From the NCBI GenBank assembly GCA_002633005.1, contig NMRA01000971.1, positions 32,433-85,018 on the forward strand: a stretch of DNA of 52,586 nt. The letters run 5' to 3'. Under the pieces are notes generated by a model, which made no database searches, was not told the origin of the DNA, and saw nothing but the letters and a program-made list of their open reading frames with translations. This DNA comes from Phoronis australis (taxonomy: Eukaryota > Animalia > Phoronida). Positions 1 to 11,600 of the stretch are shown in pieces; the first letter of the stretch is position 1; the number at the start of each line of letters is the position of its first letter. Position numbers and translations under genes: made by a program.

Positions 1-320
1 AAAAATGAAGAGAGATTAGCTCGAACCTAAGTGCTGCAAAGCGAAGTACAGATGGCAGGAAATATAACTTTCTTGAGAACAAAGGAGCCCTAAGACACGT
101 GACAATCATCGGCCTATGGGAGCCAGGAGCTGACCAAACTCGTGGCAGTAATACAAACGAACCAATAGTGAGGCTGGAAATGGAATGTCCTAGTGCCATG
201 AGAGCAGGAGGACCGCATGCGAATCTACACAAGGGGTTATTGGACCAGTCCGAAAGAAGGGGGTATAAGAGGGACGAGTCCATATTCTCGCATAAATATA
301 TTTAACGAGTGAAATGTCAT
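1..320 (-). mobile_element. 5' terminal 'A' segment of a Ngaro/DIRS-like split-direct-repeat element, continuing left out of the window
   Basis: Reverse complement matches the segment between the direct repeats at 8770-9100 (e.g. CATAAATATATTTAACGAGTGAAAT; GAGCTGACCAAACTCG). Homology stops at the A start, where host repeat sequence (ATATTTTGAAGT..., also at ~22500) begins. Confidence 0.6.
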
Positions 321-499
321 ATATTTTGAAGTGAGTTCATGACCCAAGACAGTAACTCGTTACCTGTATTGTAATTCAGATTGCTAAACCACCGTCTCGG
401 AGTACCGGCGTCGTTGCACTCATTGTGATCGTCGATCTTTTTCTAAGACGGGGAATCGCGCATTTCCTTAGCACTAGGCGCTAAATCTTCATTCTTTAA

Positions 500-662
500 A
501 AGTTGGGGATGGGCGCTTAACCGAGAGGTGGGCGCTTAACTGGAAATCTTCAAAAATCGCAGGGGGGCGCTTAACTGAGCAGTGGGCGGTTAAATCGAAA
601 ATCCACCTAAAGTAGGGGGTGGGCGGTTAACTGAGCATGGGCGTTAACCCGAATGATTACGG
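500..662 (+). mobile_element. Right terminus of a Tc2/pogo-like DNA transposon
   Basis: Six GGGCG(C/G)TTAA-type subterminal repeats ending ...GATTACGG followed by TA. CCGTA termini with a TA target are typical of Tc2/pogo. Confidence 0.65.
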
Positions 663-2706
663 TAGATACAATTTGTAATATGCCTAGGAGTGTTCCTGAG
701 TGCAAATTAGCATTTCAAGATGAAATCTCAAAAAACGCCCATAACATTTTGTTTTCGCCTATGTGGCTTTTTCACAATGAAAACCGAACCACGTGCAAAA
801 GTTGGCCGTTAAAAATACAAATAGCGTTTTGAAGAACAATTGCACTGAGTTAATTAGTACGATGTTTTCTCTAACAGTTTGTACACAAATGTACCAGAAC
901 TATTTTCCCACGAGAGCTTCGTGTTCCAATTTCCAGAGACAAAACTGGCCGTACAAACTATAGGAGATGAAAGTCAAGAGTTGAAGTAATAGAAATAAAC
1001 ATCGATAACAATGATTCCAATAGGCCTCCAAGTAGGTCAGGGCAATATGAATTATATTACAACAAGTAACAAATTAGTTTAACAAATTATTTTCCAGTGT
1101 TATGGATTTACTTCAAAATATAATACTTGAATGCTTTGTCACTTTATTGGCTCCCCATGCTCACAAACTTTAAGAGCCATGCAGGATTGTACCTTTGGCG
1201 CATACTTCCGCTAGTTCAGTAATGGATGCCTGTCTGCCGCACTGAGTTTCCGAGTGTAGTGCACTAGATAAAACACGTATTCGAAAAAATGAGGCCTTAG
1301 AAATGTGACAGTGGTTTTGGCAACACCTCCCAATTCGATTTAGGTACTAGGAAACACTTGGATGTTAAAGAATTTCCATACCTCATGGAAAGGTGTCAAA
1401 TTCTTTCTATTTTGATGAAATTTGCCTGACTTACTAATTCTAGTTCTCTCGAAATGTATGATTGCTGGGTCATTGAGGATGAGTGGTGACCGAAGGAACA
1501 TTGTGCCTCACTGGGTGAATCTCCTCCCTGTCATTTTCGGAATTAAAAGGTTGGCAATATATTACTGGATGTTTGTGTATCATCTTGAAGTAATAAAAAA
1601 TGCAAGTCATTTTATTTTTTGCTTATTGCCAGTCAAACAGGCATTATCAGATTTCACCAATGTCGCTGGCGGTTCTTTAGACTATAGATATTTTTGATAA
1701 CTGTACTCACAAGCATGAATATACTCAGGGTGGATCAGAATTTACTGAAAAAGAATGTTTTGGGCCCTGGAGCTTAATTGAAATTTTGCAAAACTTAAAG
1801 GGAACACTTAGTTGAGCAGTAGGCGCTCACCGCGGTAGATGCATACTTTCTGTGAATGTTTCAGTGCGATAATAAGAAATTGGATGTTATTACAATTTCT
1901 TGCGGCAAATTCCGCCCGGCATAATTTTGTTTCTACATTGGCCAGTTTCAATCGCAACAGTTCCCCTTTGATTCGAGTCTGAAAAATCTATGATTATGGG
2001 GAGTGAAAATTGGTGCTAGTGGGGGGATATATGAAGAGATGAATAAAAATCGCTAAAGGCTGGACATGGACATGGAACATCGGGCCTAGAGAATATCGAG
2101 TCACGGAAACATCAGAATAGAACACCGCGGTTCTGGGGAACACCGGCAGCTTAAATGTGCAGTCATGCCAGTATACTATTTTCGTTAGAACTATCACTGT
2201 TTTCTATTGATGTGCGGCTTTGGAGTAGTGCACGCGTAAGTTCCCACACTTGAATTGCAGGAGTATATGTTACATTGGCAGCAACATATGTGAGTGACGG
2301 GTGACTCATACTTACGCGCATGCTCAGTTCCAGAAAGAAGGGCTTAGGAATTTGTCTGCTGTCTTACCATAAAAACAAGACGCATTTCCAAGTCGCGATC
2401 GTATGCCGGAACATTGCGCGTAAACAGCGAGACCGACCTGAGTGTCGCAGTGCGATATTGTCAGGGATGTTGTAATAGAATAATCTTAAATGAAAAATAA
2501 ATGTTTTTTCCATTAAAAAGTTGGTAAGTTGATCGTTAAAGAATGAAATGTCGCCGTGATGTTCTGTCACATATCTATGCCGTGGTCCGAAATTTTCTTC
2601 GGCGTATCCGAAAACTAATGCAAAAGTACCCGAAAACATTAGTCAACAAAATGCTTCAAAGATCGTTTCTGAATTGTACCGCAACATGTTTACAACTCAT
2701 TGAAGG

Positions 2707-3677
2707 CAGTGGCGGATTTAGGATATCACAAGGGGGGCCAACATTTTTGCCGGCTGTAAGCATTTACGCAAACTGAACCACGATTGTAGATGCGCATAGC
2801 ACCGAATGGGGGCAAAGCCCCCTCCCGCCCAGGAAATTTTTCTGTTTTTACCTCTAAAAATCAAGCATTTTCCTTGATTCCTGAAAAATTATCCAAGAAA
2901 GAAAAACAAAAAAAAAACACGGAGAATGTGTCAAACACGAAAAACTACAATCGCCAAAGACTCGAACTCGCGACCTCGCGGATAGAGCGCGAGTGCGTTA
3001 CCACTACACCACCACGACTTAACTACTAATATCATACTAAGAGACCCAGTTGTTTATGGTCCACAGCATTTGCGCGCAAAACATACTTCTTTTTGTAATG
3101 CTTATTACACGTTTTATATTTTGTGCCATCAATTCTTAACAAATTTGTCGTATTTAAATAGTCTTCAAATGCCCAAAACACCAAATCCGTTTTTCGTGTT
3201 GGCAATAATGACGGGATTGCTTTGGAAATCGTCTGAAGATAAGGTTTGACAAAGAGAGTATTGCGAGTTTCTGAGTGATTCACTAAGGCTTCGATTAAAA
3301 TTCACATCTTACTAGCAGCTTCTGTTTTTTCATCGTCACTCAGGTTCCATTTTCTTTAAAAAATGAAGTAAACTTTCTTCATTGCACAGTGGAGCAGACG
3401 ACGGAAACGGAGTCGTAGTGCGCAGCACCACTGCCGATCGCCTGGGATATTGCGGGAGAGCCTATACTTAGCCATAGTTCCGAATTTGACAGTTGAAATT
3501 GGATTTGAGCCCCCTCCCAACACTAAAACTGCACACATTTAAATCTTTTTTTCATTCGTATAATTTTAATTACCGGGGTTAATTAATAAACTCAACATTT
3601 CCCTACGTTCTTACTGTTTTATTTTTTTGCGGCAGCCAAGGAGATGGGGCCCGGGCCCCCCCCCAGATCCGCCTATG
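2707..3677 (+). mobile_element. Non-autonomous hAT-like element with 5-bp TSD (hAT5 type)
   Basis: Imperfect TIRs CAGTGGCGGATTT.../...ATCCGCCTATG; TSD GAAGG (2702-2706, 3678-3682). An empty site is visible in the paralogous host repeat at ~39665-39680. Second copy at 37337-38328. Confidence 0.85.
2951..3018 (-). pseudogene. tRNA-derived sequence inside the hAT5-like MITE
   Basis: Minus strand GTCGTGGTGGTGTAGTGGTAACGCACTCGCGCTCTATCCGCGAGGTCGCGAGTTCGAGTC: A box, D stem GTGT/ACGC, stem TCGCG/CGCGA around a 7-nt loop CTCTATC, B box GAGTTCGAGTC. The 3' T stem and acceptor stem do not pair. Confidence 0.7.
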
Positions 3678-4102
3678 GAAGGGGACCGTTCTCTGTTAGC
3701 GTTCATCTTGATTTGGCAACAATCAAATAAGGGCCGGATTCGCACGATATGGGCTCGCTTACGTGGGAAATTTCAGGTCGCGTGTTACGATACAAGATGA
3801 CCAAAGTCTGGTATTTGCAATCAGGTCACAAATCTGACCTGCAGCTCGTTATAGTAGAAATAATCTTTACTTAAAAGTCGGTGAGGTTTAAAAATGAAAC
3901 ATTAGCACAAGTGCTATTATCTGACAATTTTTGAAACCTACAAACGCAAACTACAGTACAGAAAATATACAGAACTTTAGCATAAATTTTAATGCAAAAG
4001 TACATGTACATGTTACGGGGTGTGTAGACATTTGTAGCAGTTCTCACAAGAGCAGTTCACAGAGAAAAAATCATCAGAAAGCGTGGCAATTTCATTTAAA
4101 GG

Positions 4103-4634
4103 TGTAACATTTTCGATGAAAAATGTTAGAATTATGTAACAATTTATTATAAATCGATGATTAAATTCATGAACAATTGTGTTGATTAATATCAGTTAAC
4201 AATTTTGAAAGTCACAAATACTTTAGAACAGGACTTGTTATTGTGAACAACTTGTGGTAAACTTGAGTATTGCACAAGTTCTTCAGAAGAGCTTTAGTTC
4301 TGCTAAGTTCTCAGTGTAGTTCTGACAAACAAGATATGATCATCAAAATATGTTTTGGAGTGGTCAACTTTAGGTGGGTTGATTCTAAGAAACACCCACA
4401 CCGATGTACTTATGCCTTGACCAGTGTCCATGTGATGTTTAGTCATATCTTAGAGTATAAATATTTCTGGAGCAAACATAAGCATCATTCTCAAAAGAAA
4501 AAGTTAGGAGACGGGGAAGCTCAGTAACTTTGGAGAATCGAGTATTTAGGCAGATCACTGAGTCTTTAGAGTTTCAAGGAGTGTGTTCAGTCACTGACAA
4601 GTATCATACTGATACACTAAATAAGAACACCACA
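4103..4634 (+). repeat. 5' LTR of the BEL element
   Basis: TGTAAC...CACCACA; direct repeat of 9471-9999 with about 27 substitutions and 5 indels by eye (~5%); TATA-like TATAAATA at ~4456. Confidence 0.95.
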
Positions 4635-4771
4635 GTAAATAGAAATCTTCCCGCAAGGATGGGGTACAGTAAAAAGAAATCTTCCCATGAGGACTGGGGA
4701 CAGTAAATACAAATCTTCCCGCGACGATGGCACAGTAATAAAAAATAGAAATCTTCCCGCGAGGACGGGGG
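4632..4771 (+). repeat. Four tandem ~34-bp units at the primer-binding-site position
   Basis: Units start at 4632, 4666, 4700 and 4732; consensus ACAGTAAA(A/T)AGAAATCTTCCCGCGAGGACGGGG. Confidence 0.9.
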
Positions 4772-5031
4772 ATAACAAAATTGACATCCCGTGTAGACGG
4801 AAGTAAGAAGAAGTCTAAGAAGAAGATTCGTGACGAAGAAAACAAGGCCTACCTGTTTCTACATCCTGCTTGTGTGGGGTGATTCACAGCAGTGTGCACT
4901 GCAGTGGACAGAGGTCAAACCATCCCTTCATACTAAGGGGACATGTGATTGGAAACAGCTAGTATTAGGACAGTAAAACCACTACATTATATAACTGTAT
5001 TTTGATTTGAGTTCAGTGGACCTAAATAAAA

Positions 5032-7022
5032 ATGGAAGCTACAAGAAAAACTCGTTCAAATGCCAAGAGACTATTCACGAGACAATGTGGACACATCAAA
5101 CAAATAGTTGCAAGAAAAGAAGCTGTCACAGAAGAAGACAAAGATAAGTTGAATTTTTTGTTTCATGAATTCGATGTCAGCAATTTAAAGTATAGGGCTT
5201 TTATAGAAAGCGATGACGAGCTTTTAGAAGAATGTGAAGAGTATTTTATGGATGAAGAATCTAAGTACATAGATACTTTGACTAGAGTTAATGAGTATCT
5301 AGATATGTTTAACTCAGTAACTGAAACTCCCATAGAGAAGCATGAGAGTTTAACCAAAGAAGAGGTAATGGGTCTTGTAAATTTACCCAAGGTCACACTA
5401 GACAAATTTGATGGAAATCCGGCCAAGTATCACACTTTCGTAGCCATTTTTGATCAAAACGTTGCAAGTGTCGTGAAGGGCGGTGATGCTAAATTAACAA
5501 GACTCCTCCAGTATACCACCGGAGCGGCCAAAGAAAGCATTTAGAAATGCGCATTGGTCGGCGGTGAAGAAAGTTTCGAACTGGCCCGTGAGATATTGCA
5601 CTCACGATATGGTGACAACCGTAAAGTAGCAGACAGATTGATGACTGAGGTCAAAAAGGGTGGCCAGATAAGGTCATCGTCCAACCTTCAGCATTTTGCG
5701 GATGACCTTGAATTCTATCTGATATTAGATAAGTTAGAGAAACTCCCTGAGATTGACACCCAGGCGAGCATTTTGTAAATCATAGGCAGGCTTCAGCCCT
5801 TCATTCAGCAAAAGTGGCGCGAAAGGGCTCTCGGTTTAAAGCGAGAGGAAGACCGCTACCCCACATTTTCAGAATTTGTGAAGTATGTTTGTCAAATGGC
5901 AACTTATCAGAATGACCCCATACATGGAAAACATCCGTCTGCCGGTCATAGCCATAAGCAATTCAATGATGTTCCCAAAAGATCTTCCAATTTCAATTCT
6001 AATGTAAAGGTGGGTCAGTCGCAAGACATAAGAAAATATCCTGAATGCTCGGAGTCCCATCCACTCTGGCGCTGTGAACAATTTAAGAATAAAACGCCTT
6101 CAGAACGCCAAGTTATGGTTGAAAGGGCTAAACTTTGTCGAAATTGCCTTTTTGACAACCATAAGGTAGAAAATTGCCGAAAAACGTCTTTTTGTCGCAA
6201 ACAAGGCTGCGTAGAGAAACATTCATATCTACTTCATGATCCTAAAGATAGCACTCCCCCTAATGTGACCAATAATGGAATCCGGGTGGCTGACCATGGT
6301 ATATATCTGCCAATTGTACCGGTTCGGGTGAACGATGCGTACTCTACCTTCGCCCTTTTAGACACCGGGTCTTCAGTGAGGCAGCTTCTGCACCAGGAAT
6401 CTGGTTGAGAAATTGAAGCTGCCAACAACAAAACTTACATATACATTGAGTACTTTTAATGCCCTTGACCAAGAGCGGCGCTCAATGCAAACTGCTTTCC
6501 GTTTGACAACCCAAAATGGCGCAAATGAATTGCCAATGTCTCATGTTTATGTGGCAGAGAAGATACCAACCGACACGCCTGCCGTTGACTTAGCAGCATT
6601 ACAACCACCTAAAAGATTTGCCAATTGTCCAAGGAAGAGTTGAAATTCTAATTTGCCAAGATAATTTTGAGGCCCTTATCCCACTGGAAGTCAGAAAGGG
6701 TGGGAAAAATGAGCCCTAAATTGCAGTCCGCACTCTGTTTGGTTGGTGCCTTAATAGTCCAAAAGGTGGCGCTGTTAGCAGTAAGGTGATTTCGAATTTT
6801 GTTACTGATGTCAAGCCGAAAGTTGTTTCAGAATGGTCTGAATTTTCTGTGACGGATGATGGGACTGATGCTTTGGATGCCACGGGTCCATCCGTCAATG
6901 ATGAGAAGGTGTTTGAGGTCAAAGATGGTGACCCTGAAGTTAAACACCAAGTCACTTCGCATGGAAGTGCAGTGTCTATGCCTGTTCGAAGAAAGGCAAT
7001 TATTGTTGAGTATATAATCTAG
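5032..7022 (+). pseudogene. BEL gag - aspartic protease, with stops and frameshifts
   Basis: LPKVTLDKFDGNP...KLTRLLQYTTG (BEL gag, DUF1759-like); triple Cys-His knuckles (C..SH.LWRC, CRNCL...H.VENC, C....C..KH..LLH); protease ALLDTGS; AVRTLFGW. Confidence 0.9.
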
Positions 7023-7170
7023 CTAGCAGGCACCATATGTTAGTAATCATGTTGAACTCATGTAAGTCTTAATTGCGCATGCTCACTGTAGCCACATGTA
7101 CTATAACCACGTGTTTTAGTCCGTCGAATATAGTTAGTGATTCTGTACACACGTATTTTTTTATTCCACG

Positions 7171-9358
7171 ATGTCCCTCTCAACAATTATTAGAGAACAT
7201 CCTCTAAAGCAACTGAGTGAATATTACTCAGACTGGCAGCGACTGAAAAGGGCAGTCGCATGGCTGATCAAAATCAAGAAGTCATTGAAAACGAAAAGCA
7301 AATTCATGAAACTAACCGTTTCAGACATACAATCCGCAGAAGAAGAAATTCTGAAATTTGCACAACAAAATTTGAAAACAAGCAGAGAAAATGTTCGCCA
7401 ACTAAATCCTTACGTTGATGAAAATGGCATCATACGTGTTGGAGGTAGGACTAACAAAGCTGGTACCAATAACAAAAATCAAATCATTGTCCCAAGCGGA
7501 CACATTGCAAATATATTGATTCGCCACATACATGAAACAAATCATTCATATGATATGTGCATACACCTTGGCAAACATAAGAGAAATTTATTGGATTCGT
7601 AGAAAAGATGTTAAATCTATCTTGCGCAAATACATTATTTGTCGTAAAGTTAATGGCAGATCATGTCAACAAAGAATGGGAGAACTCCCAGAGACCCGAC
7701 TTGCAGCAGGTGATACACCATTCGCACATACTGGTGTTGACTGCTTTGGTCCTTTTTTAGTCAAAAGGGGACGCTCTGAATTGAAATGGTATGGATGTGT
7801 ATTCACATGTATGAGTACTCGTGCCGTACACATTGAAGTTTTGGAAACACTTGATACTGATTCGTTCATAAATGCATTGAAGAGATTCATTGCAAGAAGA
7901 GGTCAACCAAAGTCAATAACTTCTGACATTGGTGGAAATTTTGTCAGTGGTAATAAGGAACTTGCCAAAGGTCTAAAAGAATAGACGACATGAAGATACA
8001 AAATTCCTTGCTACAAAATAACATTGAATGGAAATTCAACCCACCTCATGTGAGCCATCACGGCGGTGTTTGGGAAAAACAAATTAAATCGATTAGAAAA
8101 GTTTTGATGGCTTTATTGGGTGAACAAAAATTGAATGATGAAACTTTGACTACACTCTTGTGTGAAGTTGAAAGCATACTAAATAACAAACCAATTACAC
8201 CTCTTAGTGATGATACAGATGATATGCAAGCACTTAGACCAAATCATCTTTTAGTGATGAAAGAAGGTCCATCATTGCCACCCTGTGCCTCAGGGAGGAA
8301 TGATATTCATAGACGTCGTTGGCGTCAAGTTCAGTACATGGCCCAACTTTTCTGGAGAAGATGGCTTAAACAGTACCTTCCCGAATTGCAACGGTGTCAC
8401 AAGTGGCTACAAGTTACTCCAAATGTCTCAGTAGGTGATTTAGTCTTACTCGTTGAGGACAATGTCCCAAGAAATCTTTGGCCAGTCTGGGTAGGGGTGT
8501 TGAAGTTAATCCTGGTAACTGATGGCTTAGTCCGCACAGTAAAGGTTAAAACCAGAAATACTCTACAACATCTCTTGTGGCGCTTTTTATTGCCCATCTT
8601 ACCAGAGATTACCTATTATACGTTATTTACCTGTATTCATTTTATTGTAATTGTATTAGTCATAATAAATGACCTTGTATCACCTACATCAGTCTCCTTT
8701 TCATCTCTGGTAACGAGCTTACGACGCACGTATCATTTATCTATTATTTGGACATATGTCGATCATAAATGGTATTTCACTCGTTAAATATATTTATGTG
8801 AGCATATGCACCCGCCTTACTCCTTTTCCCCCTCATCTCGGTCTATTCCATTATTCCCTTGTGTAGGACTACACGTCGTTTTTCCAGCCTTCGCATTGGT
8901 CTCTTGTTATCACGTGCCTCGAGTTTGGTCAGCTCTTGGCTCTTATAAGCTAATGATTGTCACGTGTCTTTAGGGGCGTTTTTCTTTGTTATTGTAACCT
9001 CGTTTTCAGTTCACTTTGTTCCGGCCACATTGTTGTACGTCAAAAACTCATTCAATTTTCCCACCCTCTTCCTCCCAGTTTTCGTCATTCTCTCGTACTT
9101 CCACGTGGCTGGCGCTTTTTATTGCCCATCTTACCAGAGATTACCTATTATATGTTATTTACCTGTATTTATTTTATTGTAATTGTACTAGTCATAATAA
9201 ATGACCTGATATCGCCTACATCAGTCTCCTTTTCATCTCTGGTAACGAGCGTGTGCCGCACGTATCATTTATCTATTATCCGGGACGTGTTGATCATAAA
9301 TACTCTTCTTACAAGACCCATTACCCAGTTAGTGATGCTTGAACGAAAACTTTATTGA
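7171..9358 (+). pseudogene. BEL integrase, frameshifted and interrupted at 8565-9297
   Basis: YSDWQRLKRAVAW, GIIRVGGR, PFAHTGVDCFGPF, RAVHIE, RFIARRGQP, GGVWE, FWRRWLKQYL, DGLVRTVKVKT; resumes after the insertion as LTRPITQLVMLE. Confidence 0.92.
8565..9297 (+). mobile_element. B1-A-B2 direct-repeat module resembling the 3' end of a Ngaro/DIRS-type retrotransposon, inserted in the integrase
   Basis: ~190-bp direct repeats (8578-8770, 9110-9301) with AATAAA in a hairpin; ~340-bp spacer with ATTGG, CACGTG and TATAAG; flanked by duplicated AAATACTCT (8556-8564, 9298-9306). Confidence 0.7.
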
Positions 9359-9470
9359 GAAGTTATTTTGTCAAGAAAGAATTGATAATAGTAAGTTATA
9401 GATTTCTAAGGTTCAATACTATCTGTTGAAGTATATAGGTTAAATTTAGGAGTAAATTTAAGGCCGGGAG

Positions 9471-9999
9471 TGTAACATTTTTGATGAAAAATGTTAGAAT
9501 TATGTAACGATTTATTATAAATCGATGATTAAATTATGAACAATTGTGTTAATTAATATCAGTTAACTATTTTGAAAGTCACACATATTTTAGAACAGGA
9601 CTTGTTATTGTGAACAACTTGTTGTGGTAAACTTGAGTATTGCGTAATTTCTTCAAAAAAGCTTTAGTTCTGCTAAGTTCTCAGTGTAGTTCTGACAAAC
9701 AGGATATGATAATCAAAATATGTTTTGGAGTGGTCAACTTTAGGTGGGTTGATTATAAGAAACACCCACACCGATGTACTTTTGCCTTGACCAGTGTCCA
9801 TGTGATGTTTAGTCATATCTTAGAGTATAAATATTTCTGCAGCTTACATAAGCATCATTCTCAAAAGAAAAAGTTGGGAGACGAGGAAGCTCAGTAACTG
9901 GAGAATCAAGTATTTTAGGCAGATCACTGAGTCTGTAGAGTTTCAAGGAGTGTGTTCAGTCAGTGACAAGGATCTGATACACAAAACAAGAACACTACA
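9471..9999 (+). repeat. 3' LTR of the BEL element
   Basis: TGTAAC...CACTACA; direct repeat of 4103-4634. Confidence 0.95.
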
Positions 10000-10139
10000 A
10001 AAGGTAGTACATTGTCTCATTGCCATCGGCAATGAGTTCCATGGCAAAGTACCCTTATGCAAGATTGAGTTACACCCGTTAGTCATGATTTTAAAACGTT
10101 TTACAGACAGTTTTCACCTCTGATACCATATTTAGACTC

Positions 10140-11600
10140 TCTGTGCGGACCATTTTTTCCTCGGACTCCCACTGTACGAGTTAACTGGACTCACCCCCAG
10201 TCAAAGTCATTAGTATGTTTTACACAAAATATTAAGCAAATGCTTGTTCTTGAGTTATGCCATTGCAGTAACTTTTCATTGACGACTGAGTCTGCTCACC
10301 TTCGATTGTTGGTTGAAACCCGGTCTCCGAAACTGGTGAAATCGTAAGCTACAATTCATCAAGTTTACGCTCTGTGACACATCTGTAACCTATGATAGAG
10401 TTTCTACAAAATTGCAGTGCATTTCTATCAAAATTAGTAGTTAATAAATTACGAGCTTTTTTCAGAAAATCCCTGTGCGAAAACCCGCCGACTGAAGCAT
10501 CGCTGCCTCGAGATTGCCGATAGGTTAACTTGAAATAATGAGTAAAAATAAAGTTTCGACTCGGCAAATTACATGAATTCCTCCTTAAGTTTTCAAAATA
10601 GGGTCCCCAACATTTTTAAGTTCCCGTGGAGTCGGGATTTACTCCATATTAAATCCGGCAAATCTGCGCTAGATCGTACTTCGCAACGCAAGAAAATATT
10701 CTGGACGAACACACATGTTGTCACGTGATGTTTGTTTGAAGTTCGTCTTTGTGTGTGAGTGAACGAGCGCGTGCGTGTCATCAGAGTTCATTTGCCAGAG
10801 TGAACACGATGTAACGATCGGGTGATTCGGGGGTGTTTTCACTATCAGTTCATCATTTTGACTTTAAAAACACCAATTACGATTAATTTAACAATTCCTT
10901 GTAAAAATAACGCAAACGTTTTTACGGTATTAAAAACTTTCAGAAATAAGTGCCAGTGTTCATTTCTTGCCGATGCTATGCTACCCATATCATGAATAGA
11001 TACGTGCCTGCACTTCTGCACTGTTGCAATCCAAGTGGAGCGCTGCATGGTCACGTGTCGTCTGTGCACTACAGTCGGTTGTCAATGGGCAAGAAAATAG
11101 TTCACTTTCAATTATATAAAATACGAAATAAGCATTACAGTTTCTTGGCCTTGTTACACAAAAAGTAACAGATCAAGTTTTAGGTATCTTCAGAATAAAG
11201 TTTTCAGTTTTCGTGAGCTTTAACCGACCATTTTTGTCAACTGAATGGGACCGCATCACATGTGCATTAATTTACGGCTTCTCTTATGTGCAATATTTTT
11301 GTGAATCGGGAATTTGTGCATCAAATTTCACCGTTCGAACGCGAACAGAGATGTTTTTGATCGACAATATTTATGGTATACATGAAATTAAGAATAAAGG
11401 GCTAAATTTGTGAGTATAAAAATCCCGTTTTCTTCAAGCACCGGTTTATCAATCAGCAATCAGGTAATCCCCAGCTGGTGTGGATGGCTGACTCACAACA
11501 GCTCTATTGAAACTATTATGAGGAAGCTTAATTCATGAGCGGACCGGCAGTAACAAGGGGTAAGTCGCCGGCGTTTTCTGACAACGCTGACCGGTATGGA
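10140..11600 (-). repeat. Continuation of the composite host repeat, including a segment homologous to the interior of the 1.4-kb Tc2-like MITE
   Basis: 10140-10290 is the reverse complement of the joined flanks of the 36741-39145 insertion (empty TA site); 10310-10995 matches ~28690-29610; 11000-11600 matches 35800-36415 in reverse. Confidence 0.8.

Larger units (their letters stand above)
1270..3830 (-). repeat. Old composite interspersed repeat ('host repeat'), interrupted by a hAT5-like MITE
   Basis: 1600-3830 (minus the 2707-3677 insert) aligns in reverse with 39490-40860; 1270-1680 aligns in reverse with ~22040-22400. Confidence 0.8.
4103..9999 (+). mobile_element. BEL/Pao LTR retrotransposon, degenerate, lacking RT/RNaseH
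   Basis: Two ~530-bp LTRs with TGT...ACA ends, TSD AAAGG (4098-4102, 10000-10004), purine tract AAGGCCGGGAG before the 3' LTR, BEL-type gag, protease and integrase motifs. Confidence 0.95.

Noticed and set aside
2951-3018. Functional amber suppressor tRNA gene
   Set aside because: Acceptor and T stems do not pair and the second copy has a broken anticodon stem; kept only as tRNA-derived sequence.
4270-4527. Duplicated 85-aa ORF (also 9640-9897)
   Set aside because: Both lie inside the two LTRs, start at TTG and show no protein motif.
4632-4771. CRISPR-like array of ~34-bp repeats
   Set aside because: Units abut with no unique spacers, sit in a retrotransposon leader, and no cas genes are present.
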